Made by a program: the position numbers and the translations under genes
The notes under the pieces: model-generated
The model's input: the letters and a program-made list of their open reading frames with translations, nothing else
Told to the model about the DNA's origin: nothing
Database searches by the model: none
In this document: piece after piece, positions 26,774-43,832 of the stretch
Layout: the number at the start of each line of letters is the position of its first letter
Numbering within the stretch: position 1 is the stretch's first letter
NCBI GenBank assembly: GCA_964016885.1
Contig: OZ024751.1
Coordinates: forward strand, 14,756,001-14,820,000
Reading direction: 5' to 3'
DNA length: 64,000 nucleotides
Source of the DNA: Eledone cirrhosa
Taxonomy: Eukaryota

Positions 26774-26829
26774 GTATGTTCAAACACATGTATATATGTA
26801 TGTATGTATATGTGTGTATGTATGTTTGC

Positions 26830-27777
26830 TGACGGAGAAAAACTCCTACATTTATGTGCTCGAGCAGCCTGCCGCCATCTTATGATTCTATGTGAACACG
26901 AAGAAGACAGAAGTCATGAAATTCAATGAGAATGGTGAAGTGAAAGACACGAATGGAAAACCTGTAAAAGAGGTTGAAAGATTTACCTCTCTTGGACGTG
27001 ATATTTCATCTACCGAGAAAGACATAACTGTACAGATAGCTGAAGATTAGAGTACTCTCCATAGCCTCAGGTCAATCTGGAAGTCCTCCCAACCAAACAA
27101 AATGAAGAGAGGATTCTTCAGAACTGTAGTTGAGTCGGTTCTTTTATATGGCGCCTCAGCGCAAACAATGACTCAAAGATTAGAGAACAATCGCGTAGTT
27201 CTGAACACAGATTAGAGAACAATCGCGTAGTACTGAACACAGATTAGAGAAGAAGCGTGTAGTGCTGAATATAAATTAGAGATCAATCGCGTAGAGCTGA
27301 ACACAGATTAGAGAACGATCGCGTAGGGCTGAACACAGATTAGAGAACAATCGCGTATTGCTGAATACAGATTAGAGAAGAAGCGTGTAGTGCTGAATAT
27401 AGATTAGAGATCAATCGCGTAGAGCTGAACACAGATTAGAGAACAATCGCGTAGGGCTGAACACAGATTAGCGAACAATCGCGTAGTGACCTGAACAGGT
27501 CCTTGAATCAGCATCCTTCGAAGGAAGAACTATACGACAGATCCCTCTTGTATCAGCTTTAGTTAGGGAAAGAAGGATAATATACTCTGGGCACCGCTTC
27601 AGGAGTAATGACGAGCTTGTTAGCATTCTTCTTTTGTAGATGCCAACCCATGGACACTCTAGCATCGGGCGTCCTCGGATGATTTATATCGACCAACTAA
27701 CTAAAGATGTTGGTTTGACAATCAAAGACATGAAAACAGCGATGGAGGACAGGGACATCTGGAGAGAGAGAGAGAGA

Positions 27778-27823
<46 letters not shown>

Positions 27824-27860
27824 TTGGCCCAGGCAATTTGCCCGATCCGATTACGATGAT
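26830..27860 (+). mobile_element. RTE/RTE-X-like LINE 3' fragment containing a 31-bp tandem array
   Basis: VNTKKTEVM, VERFTSLG, FFRTVVESVLLYGA, GRPRMIYIDQLTKDVGL...AMEDRDIWR; array at 27178-27490. Confidence 0.8.
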
Positions 27861-27906
27861 GTGTATGTATGTATGTATGCATGTACATGTTTGTGTATAT
27901 GTATGA

Positions 27907-27958
<52 letters not shown>

Positions 27959-28668
27959 ACTGAGTGACATCTGATAGTTTCACAAAACCCTAATCCTACA
28001 TCTAGAATGTCTATCGACCTCAGTACTTTATTTTATCGACCACAGAAGGGCGAACGGCAAAGTTGACCTCGGTTCCTCTTCTGTAGAAACAATTATTAGA
28101 AACATTTTGGAGATTGACTGCATCGGTAGAGCGTCGAACAACATACTTTGCGGCATAGAGTTACGGCTCTTTACGTTCTGATTTAAAATCCCGCCAAGGT
28201 TAGGTTAGCTTTGACTTTTATCCTTACGAGATCGATAAAAATAAAGTACCAGTAACGTTCTGGGGTCGATATAATCCCTCCAAATTGTTGGTGCTGTGCC
28301 TAAATCAGAAACCATTACCATTATTCCTGTTTTATATCACATATCAAGTGACTTCGGTTACATGTCTAATGAGTTAAACATTTTGTTGGAAAATTGATGT
28401 TTCTTACAGCTCCAATGATAAACACCCCATGGCTATATATATTGTAGAAGACGATCGACTTTCGTCAAATCGGACCGAGGGAACAATGTTTCCGTTGGTC
28501 TTTCCAATTGCTAATACTATCTATCGGTCGCAACTCCAGGTAGAAGGAGCAACGTGAAATAAAGTGTCTTGCTCAAGGACATAACGCATCGCCTGGTCCA
28601 GGAATCGAACTCACAACCTTACGATTGCGAATCCAATTCTCTAACCACTCAGCCACACGCCTTCACTG

Positions 28669-32213
<3,545 letters not shown>

Positions 32214-32276
32214 TATATTGTGTGTGTGTGTGTATATATATATATTTATATATATATATGTATATATAAATATATT

Positions 32277-32307
<31 letters not shown>

Positions 32308-32362
32308 GTGTATATATATATGTATATATATATATATATGTGTATATATATATGTATATATA

Positions 32363-32409
<47 letters not shown>

Positions 32410-32442
32410 ATATATATATGTATATATATATATATAAATAGA

Positions 32443-33471
32443 AAGTTCAAATATTAATAAAATAGATTTTCTTGTGATCAATAAAATTTTATTATACATA
32501 TTTCAGAGGTACTTGAATCAAGTTCAATAGTACGTCCTCATCAGATAAAATAAAATGATACATGACATACCATGACATGTTAAATGGTTAAGATTTAATC
32601 AAGGTAGTGATTAACTTGTGAGAAAACTCAATATTTATACCGTACAAATGAGAACATGCGAAAACGTAATAGAAGCAATAGAGAGGGTGTGAGTAAGGAA
32701 AATATTGCTTTAATGTAACAGTTATAGAGTTTTTAAAGTTTGAAATACTACTGTAGGACTATAGAGGAAGACTATAGATATCTGGAGGTATAATTTTTTT
32801 AGTTTTTAGTTTGAGAATGCAACTGAGAGATAATTAAAGAGAGAGGGATAAAGGGGAGTAATTTATGCACAAATATTCATCAGACACATATAAACATGTA
32901 TAGCCTTGGCGGTTAAATTTCAAAATATTTAATTTATGTTATTTTAGGGTAACGAATCAAAATTTTAGGTTTTAAAAGTTGAGGGTTATTTGTGTTATAA
33001 ATTTTATAAATTTTATAAATGTGTTAAATTTCTAAAATTCAAAGTTTTATGAAATCAAATTTAAAGGATTTACTAGGCCCGCGAAAGAAAAATATATACT
33101 GTTCAATATTCACGCAAAGGTAATCTTTAACAATATTACTTGTAACAGTGTCAACATGTTCCATATGTATAGTTTATCAAGTATTTACAGTTATAATTAT
33201 CAAGGAATTTATTGTTAAATAGTTATAGTGTCTAAAGTATAACAATTAAACAAGAGTTTTCAGCTGTAAATATATATATATGTGTGCATTGATCTTACAG
33301 AGAGTACTATAAATTATTATTTTTATTATCTATTCATATATTATATTAGATCATTACATTAGTTTAGCCTTCTAGGGAAGAACCGAACTCTAATTATGAT
33401 TATGTCAATATACAATATAAATATATATATATTTGGGCAAGCTATAAATAAAGTTATACCGAACTAAAATT
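32443..33471 (-). repeat. 3' pLTR (left arm of the inverted repeat)
   Basis: Reverse complement of 36323-37339 with scattered substitutions and small indels. Confidence 0.9.
32486..32551 (-). ncRNA. Minimal type I hammerhead ribozyme in the pLTR
   Basis: AUUUUAU / CUGAUGA / GGAC-GUAC..UUGAA-CUUGA-UUCAA-GUAC-CUCU / GAAA / UAUGUA / UA / AUAAAAU. Confidence 0.85.
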
Positions 33472-34010
33472 ATGATTGTGTTATTATACATCATAAACAT
33501 ATTAGCACAAAACTATATACAGAGATATACCTAACTATTAATATGATTATGTTATTATACAATATAAACATATTTGCACCAACTACATATAGAGAAATAT
33601 ACTAAGTATTAATGAGACAGTATACATTTAGTAAAGGATAACGATTACAATGCTAGATAATAGATTCATACATGCATAACTATAAAATACATAGATATAT
33701 ATAAAAAATGTAAACGCATGAATGAACCACAGTTCAAAATAAGGTCCGTAAAAATTTACAGGTTAGATATCAAAACTATATTTAAAACAGAGATAGAAAA
33801 ATAAAGGTCTGGATCAAAGTTAATAATATCCAAAAAGCCATAGGTTATGTATATCAACCTGCCAACATGTTCTTAAACAAGTGTCATTCATTCAAACGTT
33901 GTTTCCATTATAAATGATTAGAAGATAAAGCATTATTAAAGTTTTATAAGCCATTATGATTTATATTTTCAACAATTGATGATGTACGTCTAAAACCCAG
34001 GCTTGGTTGG

Positions 34011-34740
34011 TTACTGTTTTTTCCTGACCTTATGGGAGGCTTGGAATGTAGACAAGGCTTTATGAAGGTAATTTGAGAATAATTCACTTTTTTTGTTAAT
34101 TAAGTTTTCATAATTATTAATTATCAATAGGGTCCCCATTGTACAAAGAGCGCAGTTACTTGATATACTTGAGTTGCGATAAACTCCACTATTACGAAGT
34201 TTCGTCCAAAAGATAGAGTATTTTAAATTTTTGTCTTTTAATGACCACATAAGCTGTGATAAAGAAGTCGATGATTTCCTATTAGAATTCGAAAATGAGC
34301 ATTTATGATTCGCAAATCTAGCTTTAAATGTAGAAGTCGATCCTATATAGTTGTATGTGTTGTAATCAGTTTTTACGGTGCATTTATACACCAAATTACT
34401 GTCCAAACAATTATTTTGCAGAGGGTAATCTGGTTTATTTCTACAATTACATTTTGATTTATTATTATTTATGTTAACACTATTATTAAAATCATTATGC
34501 TGATTCTGCTTTAGAATTTTACTATTTATTTTAGCAATGTTTTGGGCCATGTTCATAGTTGTAGAATAAGATAATTTAATAGTGTGTCTATTAAAAATGG
34601 AATGGTATTTATGTTGACGAGGGAAAGAGCTGTCCAAAGCTTTAAAGAATAGGTTTGCTATTGGTGTTCTTACTGCCACGGAAGCAGGGGGGGGGGGACC
34701 ATATAACTGATTTAGTTCTGGTTCTTTTCCTCGATTTGTT
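34011..34740 (-). pseudogene. PLE linker + GIY-YIG endonuclease
   Basis: IFNRHTIKLSYS; CNCRNK..YPLQNNCL; LVYKCTV...YIGSTSTFKARFANHKCSF; CALC; LINKKSEL. Confidence 0.9.
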
Positions 34741-34944
34741 CACCGTATAGGTGTTTGAATTATAATTATTATAATTTCGTTTATATATGCCGTTGTTTTT
34801 ATCAGGATTAAGACTTGGATTATTATTATCTACATATTCTATATTATTCTCGTAACCTGCTCTTTTTAGCGCTTCATTGTAGTTCCTACATTTTCATTAA
34901 ATATTGCTTTATTGGCAGATATTCTATTAATGCGTTTTTGCACA

Positions 34945-36258
34945 CTATTTACAATTGCTTTTTTTTACTGACTTAGGGTGATTGGAATAATAACTAACAT
35001 AATTTAAGTTTTCATTGGGCTTATGAAAAGGGTAATAAAAGCCAGAGTTTAAGTTAAACGTAACATCAAGAAAATTAACTATTTTGGTACCACTTTCTAC
35101 TTCTAGCTTAAGGTCATACATTTTAAAGAATTCTATTATACTTTTCTTTACTCTACTTAGTTCTATATTGTTGTGTTTGACCACCGTAAATAAAATTTCG
35201 CCCCTATATAAACCACCGGTAATCTCCGGCAGTTTTCTATTTATCATATTTAATATGAAAATCCCCAGATCTGTGATTTGCGCTGAATCAGATGCCCCCA
35301 TAGTGATATCAAATTTTCTATTTCTATCTGAGCGAGTCCAATATTCGTTGTTGAAGTTAATAAGAGTTCTTCTAGCTGTTAGTATGATATCAATTTCATC
35401 CGTGGTTAGATCAGTATGCTTATAAGCATATGATACAGCCTTATTTAGTAGGTTGGGCGTTATGGAAGAATAGAAGTTTGTTATGTCCATCTGGATGAAT
35501 TTATGGTTTTTCTTATCATCTATATTCTTATACCATTCTATGACTTCGTTTGTATCTTTCCACAAGCTCAATTTAGATCTCAATTTAAGAGCAGGTAGAA
35601 TTCTATCGATGATGTTTTTACTGATTACTCTAATATCCGATTTGGATGGAGCAATCAGTCTAACTGGCAGGTCTTCCTCGAAGTTTCTTTTGTGATCTTT
35701 TAAGTTAATCCGCGGCTGCCTAGGTATAAGTGACTCAGTTCTTCCTTCTATTCCTAAATTGGTAATTAATTTATATGCATCCTCATTAATTTCTGTAAGA
35801 TCTTCAGCCAGGGCTTTTTTATAATTTTTCCTAAGTTCCTTTAAAATCAAGTTATTATATTCTTCTTTGTTTATCCTATATAAATTATTTGTTTTGTCCG
35901 ATTTAACCAATATTTTGTTAACTTTTTTTATTTCTGTGATTTTTTCTTTTAGAGTTCTAAGGTATTGGTGACCTATATATGGGTTTTTCCTAAATTTAAT
36001 TTTTTTAAGTATACCAAGCATTTCGGTTTCAAAATCCTCCAGGAGTTTGTTGTATGGAGGATTCTTTCTTGATTTAAATAAAGATTCGAAATGATTGCTG
36101 TTGGTTTTTCTTTCAGCATCTTTATTTTCGAAATGAAATGCTCGCCATCTCATTCTTCTTATAAAAGAATTAGTTTGTTCGATAATTTTCCTCATGTATT
36201 CCTCATTTGAAGGTATTGGTACATCCTTGAGGGATGTCGGGAAGTTTAAGAAATCCAT
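34945..36258 (-). pseudogene. PLE reverse transcriptase (frameshifted from the endonuclease part; catalytic DD degenerate)
   Basis: SLKDVPIPS..RRMRWRAFHF; KSDKT; PVRLIAP; MDITNFYSSI; DITMGASDSA; YRGE in place of YRDD; VNFLDVTF; SNHP. Confidence 0.92.
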
Positions 36259-36322
36259 ATTTATTGAATATGCAATCTATTGTATAGAAAAGCGCTCAAC
36301 CAACTGGGAGCAATACATTTTA

Positions 36323-37339
36323 AATTTTAGTTCGGTATAACTCTATTTATAGCTTGTCCAAATATATATATATTTTTATATTGTATATTGACATAATCAT
36401 AATTAGAGTTCGGTTCTTCCCTAGAAAGCTAAACTAATGTAATGATCTAATATAATATATGAATAGATAATAAAAATAATAATTTATAATACTCTCTTTA
36501 AGATCAATGCACACATATATATATTTACAGCTGAAAACTGGTTTAATTGTTATACTTTAGACACTATAACTATTTAACAATAAATTCCTTGATAATTATA
36601 ACTGTAAATACTTGATAAACTATACATATGGAAAATGTTGACACTGTTACAAGTAATATTGTTAAAGATTACCTTTGCGTGAATATTGAACAGTATATAT
36701 TTTTCTTTCGCGGGCCTTTAAATTTGATTTCATAAAACTTTGAATTTTAGAAATTTAACACATTTATAAAATTTATAAAATTTATAACACAAATAACCAT
36801 CAACTTTTAAAACCTAAAATTTTGATTCGTTACCCTAAAATAACATAAATTAAATATTTTGAAATTTAACCGCCAAGGCTATACATGTTTATATGTGTCT
36901 GATGAATATTTGTGCATAAATTACTCCCCTTTATCCCTCTCTCTTTAATTATCTCTCAGTTGCATTCTCAAACTAAAAACTAAAAAAATTATACCTCCAG
37001 ATATCTATAGTCTTCCTCTATAGTCCTACAGTAGCATTTCAAACTTTAAAAACTCTATAACTGTTACATTAAAGGAATATTTTCCTTACTCACACCCTCT
37101 CTATTGCTTCTATTACGTTTTCGCATGTTCTCATTTGTAGGGTATAAATATTTAGTTTTCTCACAAGTTAATCACTACCTTGATTAAATCTTAACCATTT
37201 AACATGTCATGGTATGTCATGTATCATTTTATTTTATCTGATAAGGATGTACTATTGAACTTGATTCAAGTACCTCTGAAATATGTATAATAAAATTTAA
37301 TTGATCACAAAAACATCTATTTTATTAATATTTGAATTT
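36323..37339 (+). repeat. 5' inverted pLTR (right arm)
   Basis: Reverse complement of 32443-33471. Confidence 0.9.
37231..37296 (+). ncRNA. Hammerhead copy in the inverted pLTR with core mutation (CUGAUAA)
   Basis: Same fold as 32486-32551 but G8 changed to A without a C3 compensation. Confidence 0.7.
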
Positions 37340-37434
37340 AATATTAATAACTCTGGAAAATATCTTTCTGTAGAGCGCTTTCAATCTACTGTAAAACTCA
37401 TTCTTTGATGTACTCATTGAATCTTGTTTAACTC

Positions 37435-37471
<37 letters not shown>

Positions 37472-37479
37472 ATATACAT

Positions 37480-37587
<108 letters not shown>

Positions 37588-37803
37588 TGTGTTTGGCCTT
37601 TAACGTAAGTTGTAGCTCTAATTCATATGAATTATTGAGCGCTTGCCACACAACTCGGAAGTGTTTTTCGTTAATTCCTGAGCTGAAATTCGATTCTCGC
37701 TAATTTTTACTTGTATATATATTTTATCATCGCGTTCTACTTTAAATATGTAAAATCAATCAACTGAATCTTTTTAATCATACTTCATAACTAACTACCG
37801 AAA

Positions 37804-39830
37804 CTTTGGTGTTGCTATTAGTAACACCATGTACTTTGGTGTTGCTATTAGTAACACCATGTACTTTGGTGTTGCTATTAGTAACACCATGTACTTTGGT
37901 GTTGGTATTAGTAACACCATGTACTTTGGTGTTGCTATTAGTAACACCATGTTCTTTGGTGTTGCTATTAGTAACACCATGTACGTTGGTGTTGCTATTA
38001 GTAACACCATGTACGTTGGTGTTGCTATTAGTAACACCATGTACTTTGGTGTTGCTATTAGTAACACCATGTACTTTGGTGTTGCTATTAGTAACACCAT
38101 GTACTTTGGTGTTGCTATTAGTAACACGATGTACGTTGGTGTTGCTATTAGTAACACCATGTACTTTGGTGTTGCTATTAGTAACACCATGTACGTTGCT
38201 GTTGCTATTAGTAACACCAAGGTACTAGTGTAATTTGGTGTTGCTATTAGTAACACCATGTACTTTGGTGTTGGTATTAGTAACACCATGTACTTTGGTG
38301 TTGCTATTAGTAACACCATGTTCTTTGGTGTTGCTATTAGTAACACCATGTACGTTGGTGTTGCTATTAGTAACAACATGTACGTTGGTGTTGCTATTAG
38401 TAACACCATGTACTTTGGTGTTGCTATTAGTAACACCATGTACTTTGGTGTTGCTATTAGTAACACCATGTACTTTGGTGTTGCTATTAGTAACACCATG
38501 TACTTTGGTGTTGCTATTAGTAACACCATGTTCTTTGGTGTTGCTATTAGTAACACCATGTACGTTGGTGTTGCTATTAGTAACACCATGTACGTTGGTG
38601 TTGCTATTAGTAACACCATGTACTTTGGTGTTGCTATTAGTAACACCATGTACTTTGGTGTTGGTATTAGTAACACCATGTACGTTGGTGTTGCTATTAG
38701 TAACACCATGTTCTTTGGTGTTGCTATTAGTAACACCATGTACGTTGGTGTTGCTATTAGTAACACCATGTACTTTGGTGTTGCTATTAGTAACACCATG
38801 TACTTTGGTGTTGCTATTAGTAACACCATGTTCTTTGGTGTTGCTATTAGTAACACCATGTTCTTTGGTGTTGCTATTAGTAACACCATGTTCTTTGGTG
38901 TTGCTATTAGTAACACCATGTACGTTGGTGTTGCTATTAGTAACACCATGTTCTTTGGTGTTGCTATTAGTAACACCATGTACGTTGGTGTTGCTATTAG
39001 TAACACCATGTTCTTTGGTGTTGCTATTAGTAACACCATGTTCTTTGGTGTTGCTATTAGTAACACCATGTACGTTGGTGTTGCTATTAGTAACACCATG
39101 TTCTTTGGTGTTGCTATTAGTAACACCATGTACGTTGGTGTTGCTATTAGTAACACCATGTTCTTTGGTGTTGCTATTAGTAACACCATGTACGTTGGTG
39201 TTGCTATTAGTAACACCATGTACTTTGGTGTTGCTATTAGTAACACCATGTTCTTTGGTGTTGCTATTAGTAACACCATGTACTTTGGTGTTGGTATTAG
39301 TAACACCATGTACTTTGGTGTTGCTGTTAGTAACACCAAGGTACTAGTGTATTTTGGTGTTGCTATTAGTAACACCATGTACTTTGGTGTTGCTATTAGT
39401 AACACCATGTTCTTTGGTGTTGCTATTAGTAACACCATGTACTTTGGTGTTGGTATTAGTAACACCATGTACTTTGGTGTTGCTGTTAGTAACACCAAGG
39501 TACTAGTGTAATTTGGTGTTGCTATTAGTAACACCATGTACTTTGGTGTTGCTATTAGTAACACCATGTACTTTGGTGTTGCTGTTAGTAACACCAAGGT
39601 ACTAGTGTATTTTGGTGTTGCTATTAGTAACACCACGGTACTAGTGTATTTTGGTGTTGCTATTAGTAACACCAAGGTACCAGTGTATTTGGTGTTGCTA
39701 TTAGTAACACCAAGATACCAGTGTATTTTGGTGTTGCTATTAGTAACATCAAGGTACTACTGTAATTTGGTGTTGCTATTAGTAACACCAAGGTACTAGT
39801 GTAATTTGGTGTTGCTATTAGAAACACTTA
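37804..39830. repeat. 30-bp tandem satellite with internal hairpin (39-bp variants interspersed)
   Basis: GTACTTTGGTGTTGCTATTAGTAACACCAT head to tail, roughly 60 units; explains ORFs 37795-39675 and overlapping ones. Confidence 0.97.
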
Positions 39831-40167
39831 AGTACTGTTGTACTTAAGTGATTAGTTATGAGGCTTCTGTGATATTTTTTATGACATAACTGACATTTGA
39901 TCAGTTTTAATTAATGACTTATTCGGGAAGAAAGAATGTAATTGATTCTGTGATGAATTAAGAACATCTGAGGCGGAAGAGGATGATAAGACGATGACTA
40001 TATAAGAATCAGACGATCAGATTCGTCTAGGAAATCTGTCTAAAGATGAGAAGGCGCGAACATTACTGTTCTGCTGTCCATATATGTATGTGGTCAGAAG
40101 GATAGTTAGTAAAGTCAACATTTGACTGGCTGGACGTTTGTAGCGGAACTAAAATACTGATGTGTCC

Positions 40168-40680
40168 TTGTAAAGACTCACTGACCAGATATTAGTAAAA
40201 CTACGATATTACCACAGCGTTGTAAAGACTGACCAGACATTAGTAGAACTACGATATTACCACACCACTGTGAAGACTGACCAGACATTAGTAGAACTAG
40301 TTTTACTGTGTTCCTGTAAAGACTGACCTGATGTTAGACACCATTGTAAAGACTGACCAGACATTAGTAGAACTAGTTTTACTGTGTTCCTGTAAAGACT
40401 GACCGGATGTTAGACTCCATTGTAAAGACTGACCAGACATTAGTTATATAACTACGGTATTACCACATTGTTGTAAAGACTGACCAGACATTAGTTATAT
40501 AACTACGGTATTACCACATTGTTGTAAAGACTGACCATACATTAGTTATAGAACTACGGTATTACCACACCATCGTAAAGACTGACCATACATTAGTTAT
40601 AGAACTACGGTATTACCACACGATTGACCGAACGTTAGTAGAACTACAGTATTGTTGTCCTTGTAAAGACTGACCGTACA
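40168..40680. repeat. Irregular 30-48-bp minisatellite
   Basis: Recurring TGTAAAGACTGACCAGACATTAGT core. Confidence 0.85.
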
Positions 40681-40907
40681 ATGTCCGAACTGGATATAAC
40701 GACAAGTGACGAAGGATATTGAAGAGAAAGGTAAATGACGATAAACTGTCTGTTACCTTATCACATGTTAACAGTTATTTCACCTGTTATATATTATATC
40801 TGTAGAGCTTATCTCAAACAAAGACTTACCTGTACTTATTGATAGCTGGGCCAGCGACATGGAGAAATTATCTATTTTATTCTTTTATTATTATTTAATA
40901 ATAATAA

Positions 40908-41830
40908 TCAAATCCCGCCGAGGTTGACTTTGCCTTTCATCCTTACGGGGTCGATAAAATAAAGTACCAGTAATGCACTGGGTAATTGCTGGCCTTGTGC
41001 CTAAAGTAGAAACAATTATTATTTAATAAGTCAAGGGTAGTGTATTGGTAATACCAGTAGAGCGTCGGTTACCATGCTTCACGATATATACAGGGTGTCC
41101 TCAAAAAATGTATACACACCTTGATTACCTATATAGGCAATATTTATTAGAATGCATAGCCTTTGTATATACATTTTTGGGGACACCATGTAGTTACGTC
41201 CCTTTACGTTCTGAGTTCAAATCTCACCGAGGTTAGCTTTGCCTTTTATCCTTACGCGGTCGATTTAATCGACTTTCCCCTTCCGCCAAATTACTGGCCT
41301 TGTGCCTATGCTAGAAATCATTATTATTAGGGCCGGGCGCCATGCTTTGACGCATAGAGTTACAGCCCTTGCCATTTTGAGTTCAAATCCTACCAAGGTT
41401 GACTTTGCCTTTCATCCTTACGGGGTCGATAAAATAAAGTATCAGTAATGCACTGGGTAATTGATGGCCTTATGCCAAAAATAGAAACAATTATTTAATA
41501 AGTCAAGGGTAGTGTATTGGTAATACCAGTAGAGCGTCGGATACCATGCTTCGCGATATATACAGGGTGTCCCAAAAAATGTATACACAATTTGATTACC
41601 TGTATAGGCAATATTTATTAGAATGCACAGCCTTTGTGTATACATTTTTGGGGGACACCATGTAGTTACGTTCCTTTACGTTCTGAGTTCAAATCCTACC
41701 GAGGTTAGCTTTACCTTTCATTCCTACGGGGTCGATAAAAAGTACCAGTAACGCACTGGGGTCGATTTAATCGACTTTCGCTCCCCCCTAAATTGTTGGC
41801 CTTGTGCCTAAATCAGAACCATTGTTATTT
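40908..41830 (+). repeat. ~470-bp tandem duplication of a SINE-SINE(MITE) composite
   Basis: TTTAATAAGTCAAGGGTAGTGTATTGGTAATACCAGTAGAGCGTCGG + Tc1-type MITE + SINE remainder occurs at ~41022 and ~41494. Confidence 0.8.
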
Positions 41831-42623
41831 AACAAGTCAAAGGAGAAAACGAAGGAGCAATGCTTATGGCTTTTATAGGTATTTCCAGATGATAACATCT
41901 GGAATACATCAGTGTGTTGAGGTTCAGTTTGAGCACCTAAGAGCGACCTCTGCCGGAGAAAAAAGTGGTTGATGGAATTGTAGATACTTTCAGATATGTA
42001 CGTATATATGTATGTATGTATGTATGAACTCCTAACGTATTCGTAGGGGGCGCCATCATGACATACGGTATCTAGATTGGAACTTAGCCAATTTCTTCCA
42101 GAGAGAGAGAGAAAGTGAGGAAGAGATACAGTCTAAAGAAAGTCTAAAGTCTGTCTTAAGCCAGAAGGCTCGTTAAGCCGCTGCTTATCCCGGTTTCATG
42201 GCGTGAAATGACTGAGAGTACTAGACACCCCCCTGGACAGGACGCCAGTCCATCACAGGGTTAAAGCCCCAGCTATCGCTGTTACTCATTTTCAGCTGAG
42301 TATACTAGAGCAACGTGAAATGAAGTGTTTTGCTCAAGTACACAACACGCAGCCCAGGAATCGAACACACGACATTATGGTCGTAAGGCCAACACACTTA
42401 CCACTAGGCCACGTGCTTCCACAGAGATATAGAGGAATACTGATACTTTATTTTATCGACCTCGAAAGTATAAAAGGCAAAATTGACTTCGAAGGGATTT
42501 GAACTCAGGGAGAGTAGAGCACCGGAACCAATACCATAAAACATTCTGGACGACATTCTAACGACTCTGCCAATTCGCGGTTCAAGGTTTTTAGATATGT
42601 AGAGGGGAATGGTGTGTGATTGC

Positions 42624-43832
42624 ACCAACACCACCGCTATTGACACCGCCACCACTATTGACACCGCCACCACCAACACTACTAACACAGCTACCACTAC
42701 CACTACTACCAACACCTCCACCACCACCACCACCACCGTCACTACCATCACCATCACTACTAAGACCACCACCAACACCACTACCGCCACAACCACAACG
42801 AACACCACCACCATCACTACCACAACCAACGCTACTAACACAGCTACCACTACTACCAACACCTCCACCACCACCGTCACTATCAAGACCACCACCACCA
42901 CTAAGAATACCGCCACCACTACTACAAACACTACTAATACTACCACCACCATCACCACAACGACGAGGAACACTACTACCACCTCCACCACCACCACCAT
43001 CACTACCATCACTACCACAACCAACACCACTATCACTACCTCCACCACCACCATCACTACCACAACCAACACCACTACCACCACCACCACCACCATCATT
43101 ACCAGAACCAACACCACTACCACCACCACCACCACCATCATTACCACAACCAACACCACTACCACCACCTCCACCACCACCACCACCATCACTACCACAA
43201 CCAACACAACTACCACCGCCACCACCACCACCATCACCACCACTACCACCTCCACCTCCACCACCATCACTACCAAAACCAACACCACTACCACCACCAC
43301 CTTCACGACCATCACCATCACTACCAAAACCAACACCACTACCACCACCTCCACAACCACCACCAACATCACTACCACAACCAACACCACTACCACCACC
43401 TCCACAACCACCACCAACATCACTACCACAACCAACACCACTATCACCACCTCCACCACCACCAGCATCACTACCACAACCAACACCACTACCACCACGT
43501 CCACCACCACCATCACCATCACTACCACAACCAACACCACTACCACCACCTCCACCACCACCATAACTACCACAACCAACACCACTACCACCACCTCCAC
43601 CACCACCATTACCACAACCAACACCACTACCACCACCTCCACCACCACCATTACCACAACCAACACCACTACCACCACCTCCACCACCACCATAACTACC
43701 ACAACCAACACCACTACCACCACCTCCACCACCACCATTACCACAACCAACACCACTACCACCACCTCCACCACCACCATTACCACAACCAACACCACTA
43801 CCTCCACCTCCACCACCACCACCACCACCACA
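42624..43832. repeat. (ACC/ACT)n trinucleotide-based low-complexity repeat
   Basis: Read directly; similar blocks at 55884-57540 (GGT), 60060-60660 (GTT), 61305-62905 (ACC), 63848-64000 (ACT) and (GAA)n 58158-58225. Confidence 0.95.

Larger units (their letters stand above)
32443..37440 (-). mobile_element. Penelope-like retroelement, near full length, with inverted pLTRs, flanked by (TA)n
   Basis: RT + GIY-YIG ORF remnants bracketed by a ~1.02-kb inverted repeat (32443-33471 vs 36323-37339), each arm with a hammerhead motif. Confidence 0.92.

Noticed and set aside
34011-36258. Telomerase, group II intron or bacterial RT-nuclease system
   Set aside because: The RT + GIY-YIG arrangement with pLTRs and hammerheads is fully explained by a Penelope-like retroelement
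36898-36930. CTGATGA in the pLTR (and others at 8013, 10379 and 45276) as extra hammerheads
   Set aside because: No properly placed stem II, GAAA and stem III/UH follow
37804-39830. CRISPR-like array of palindromic 30-bp repeats and a 626-aa ORF
   Set aside because: No unique spacers, no cas genes, eukaryotic context; the ORFs are open only because the unit is a stop-free multiple of 3
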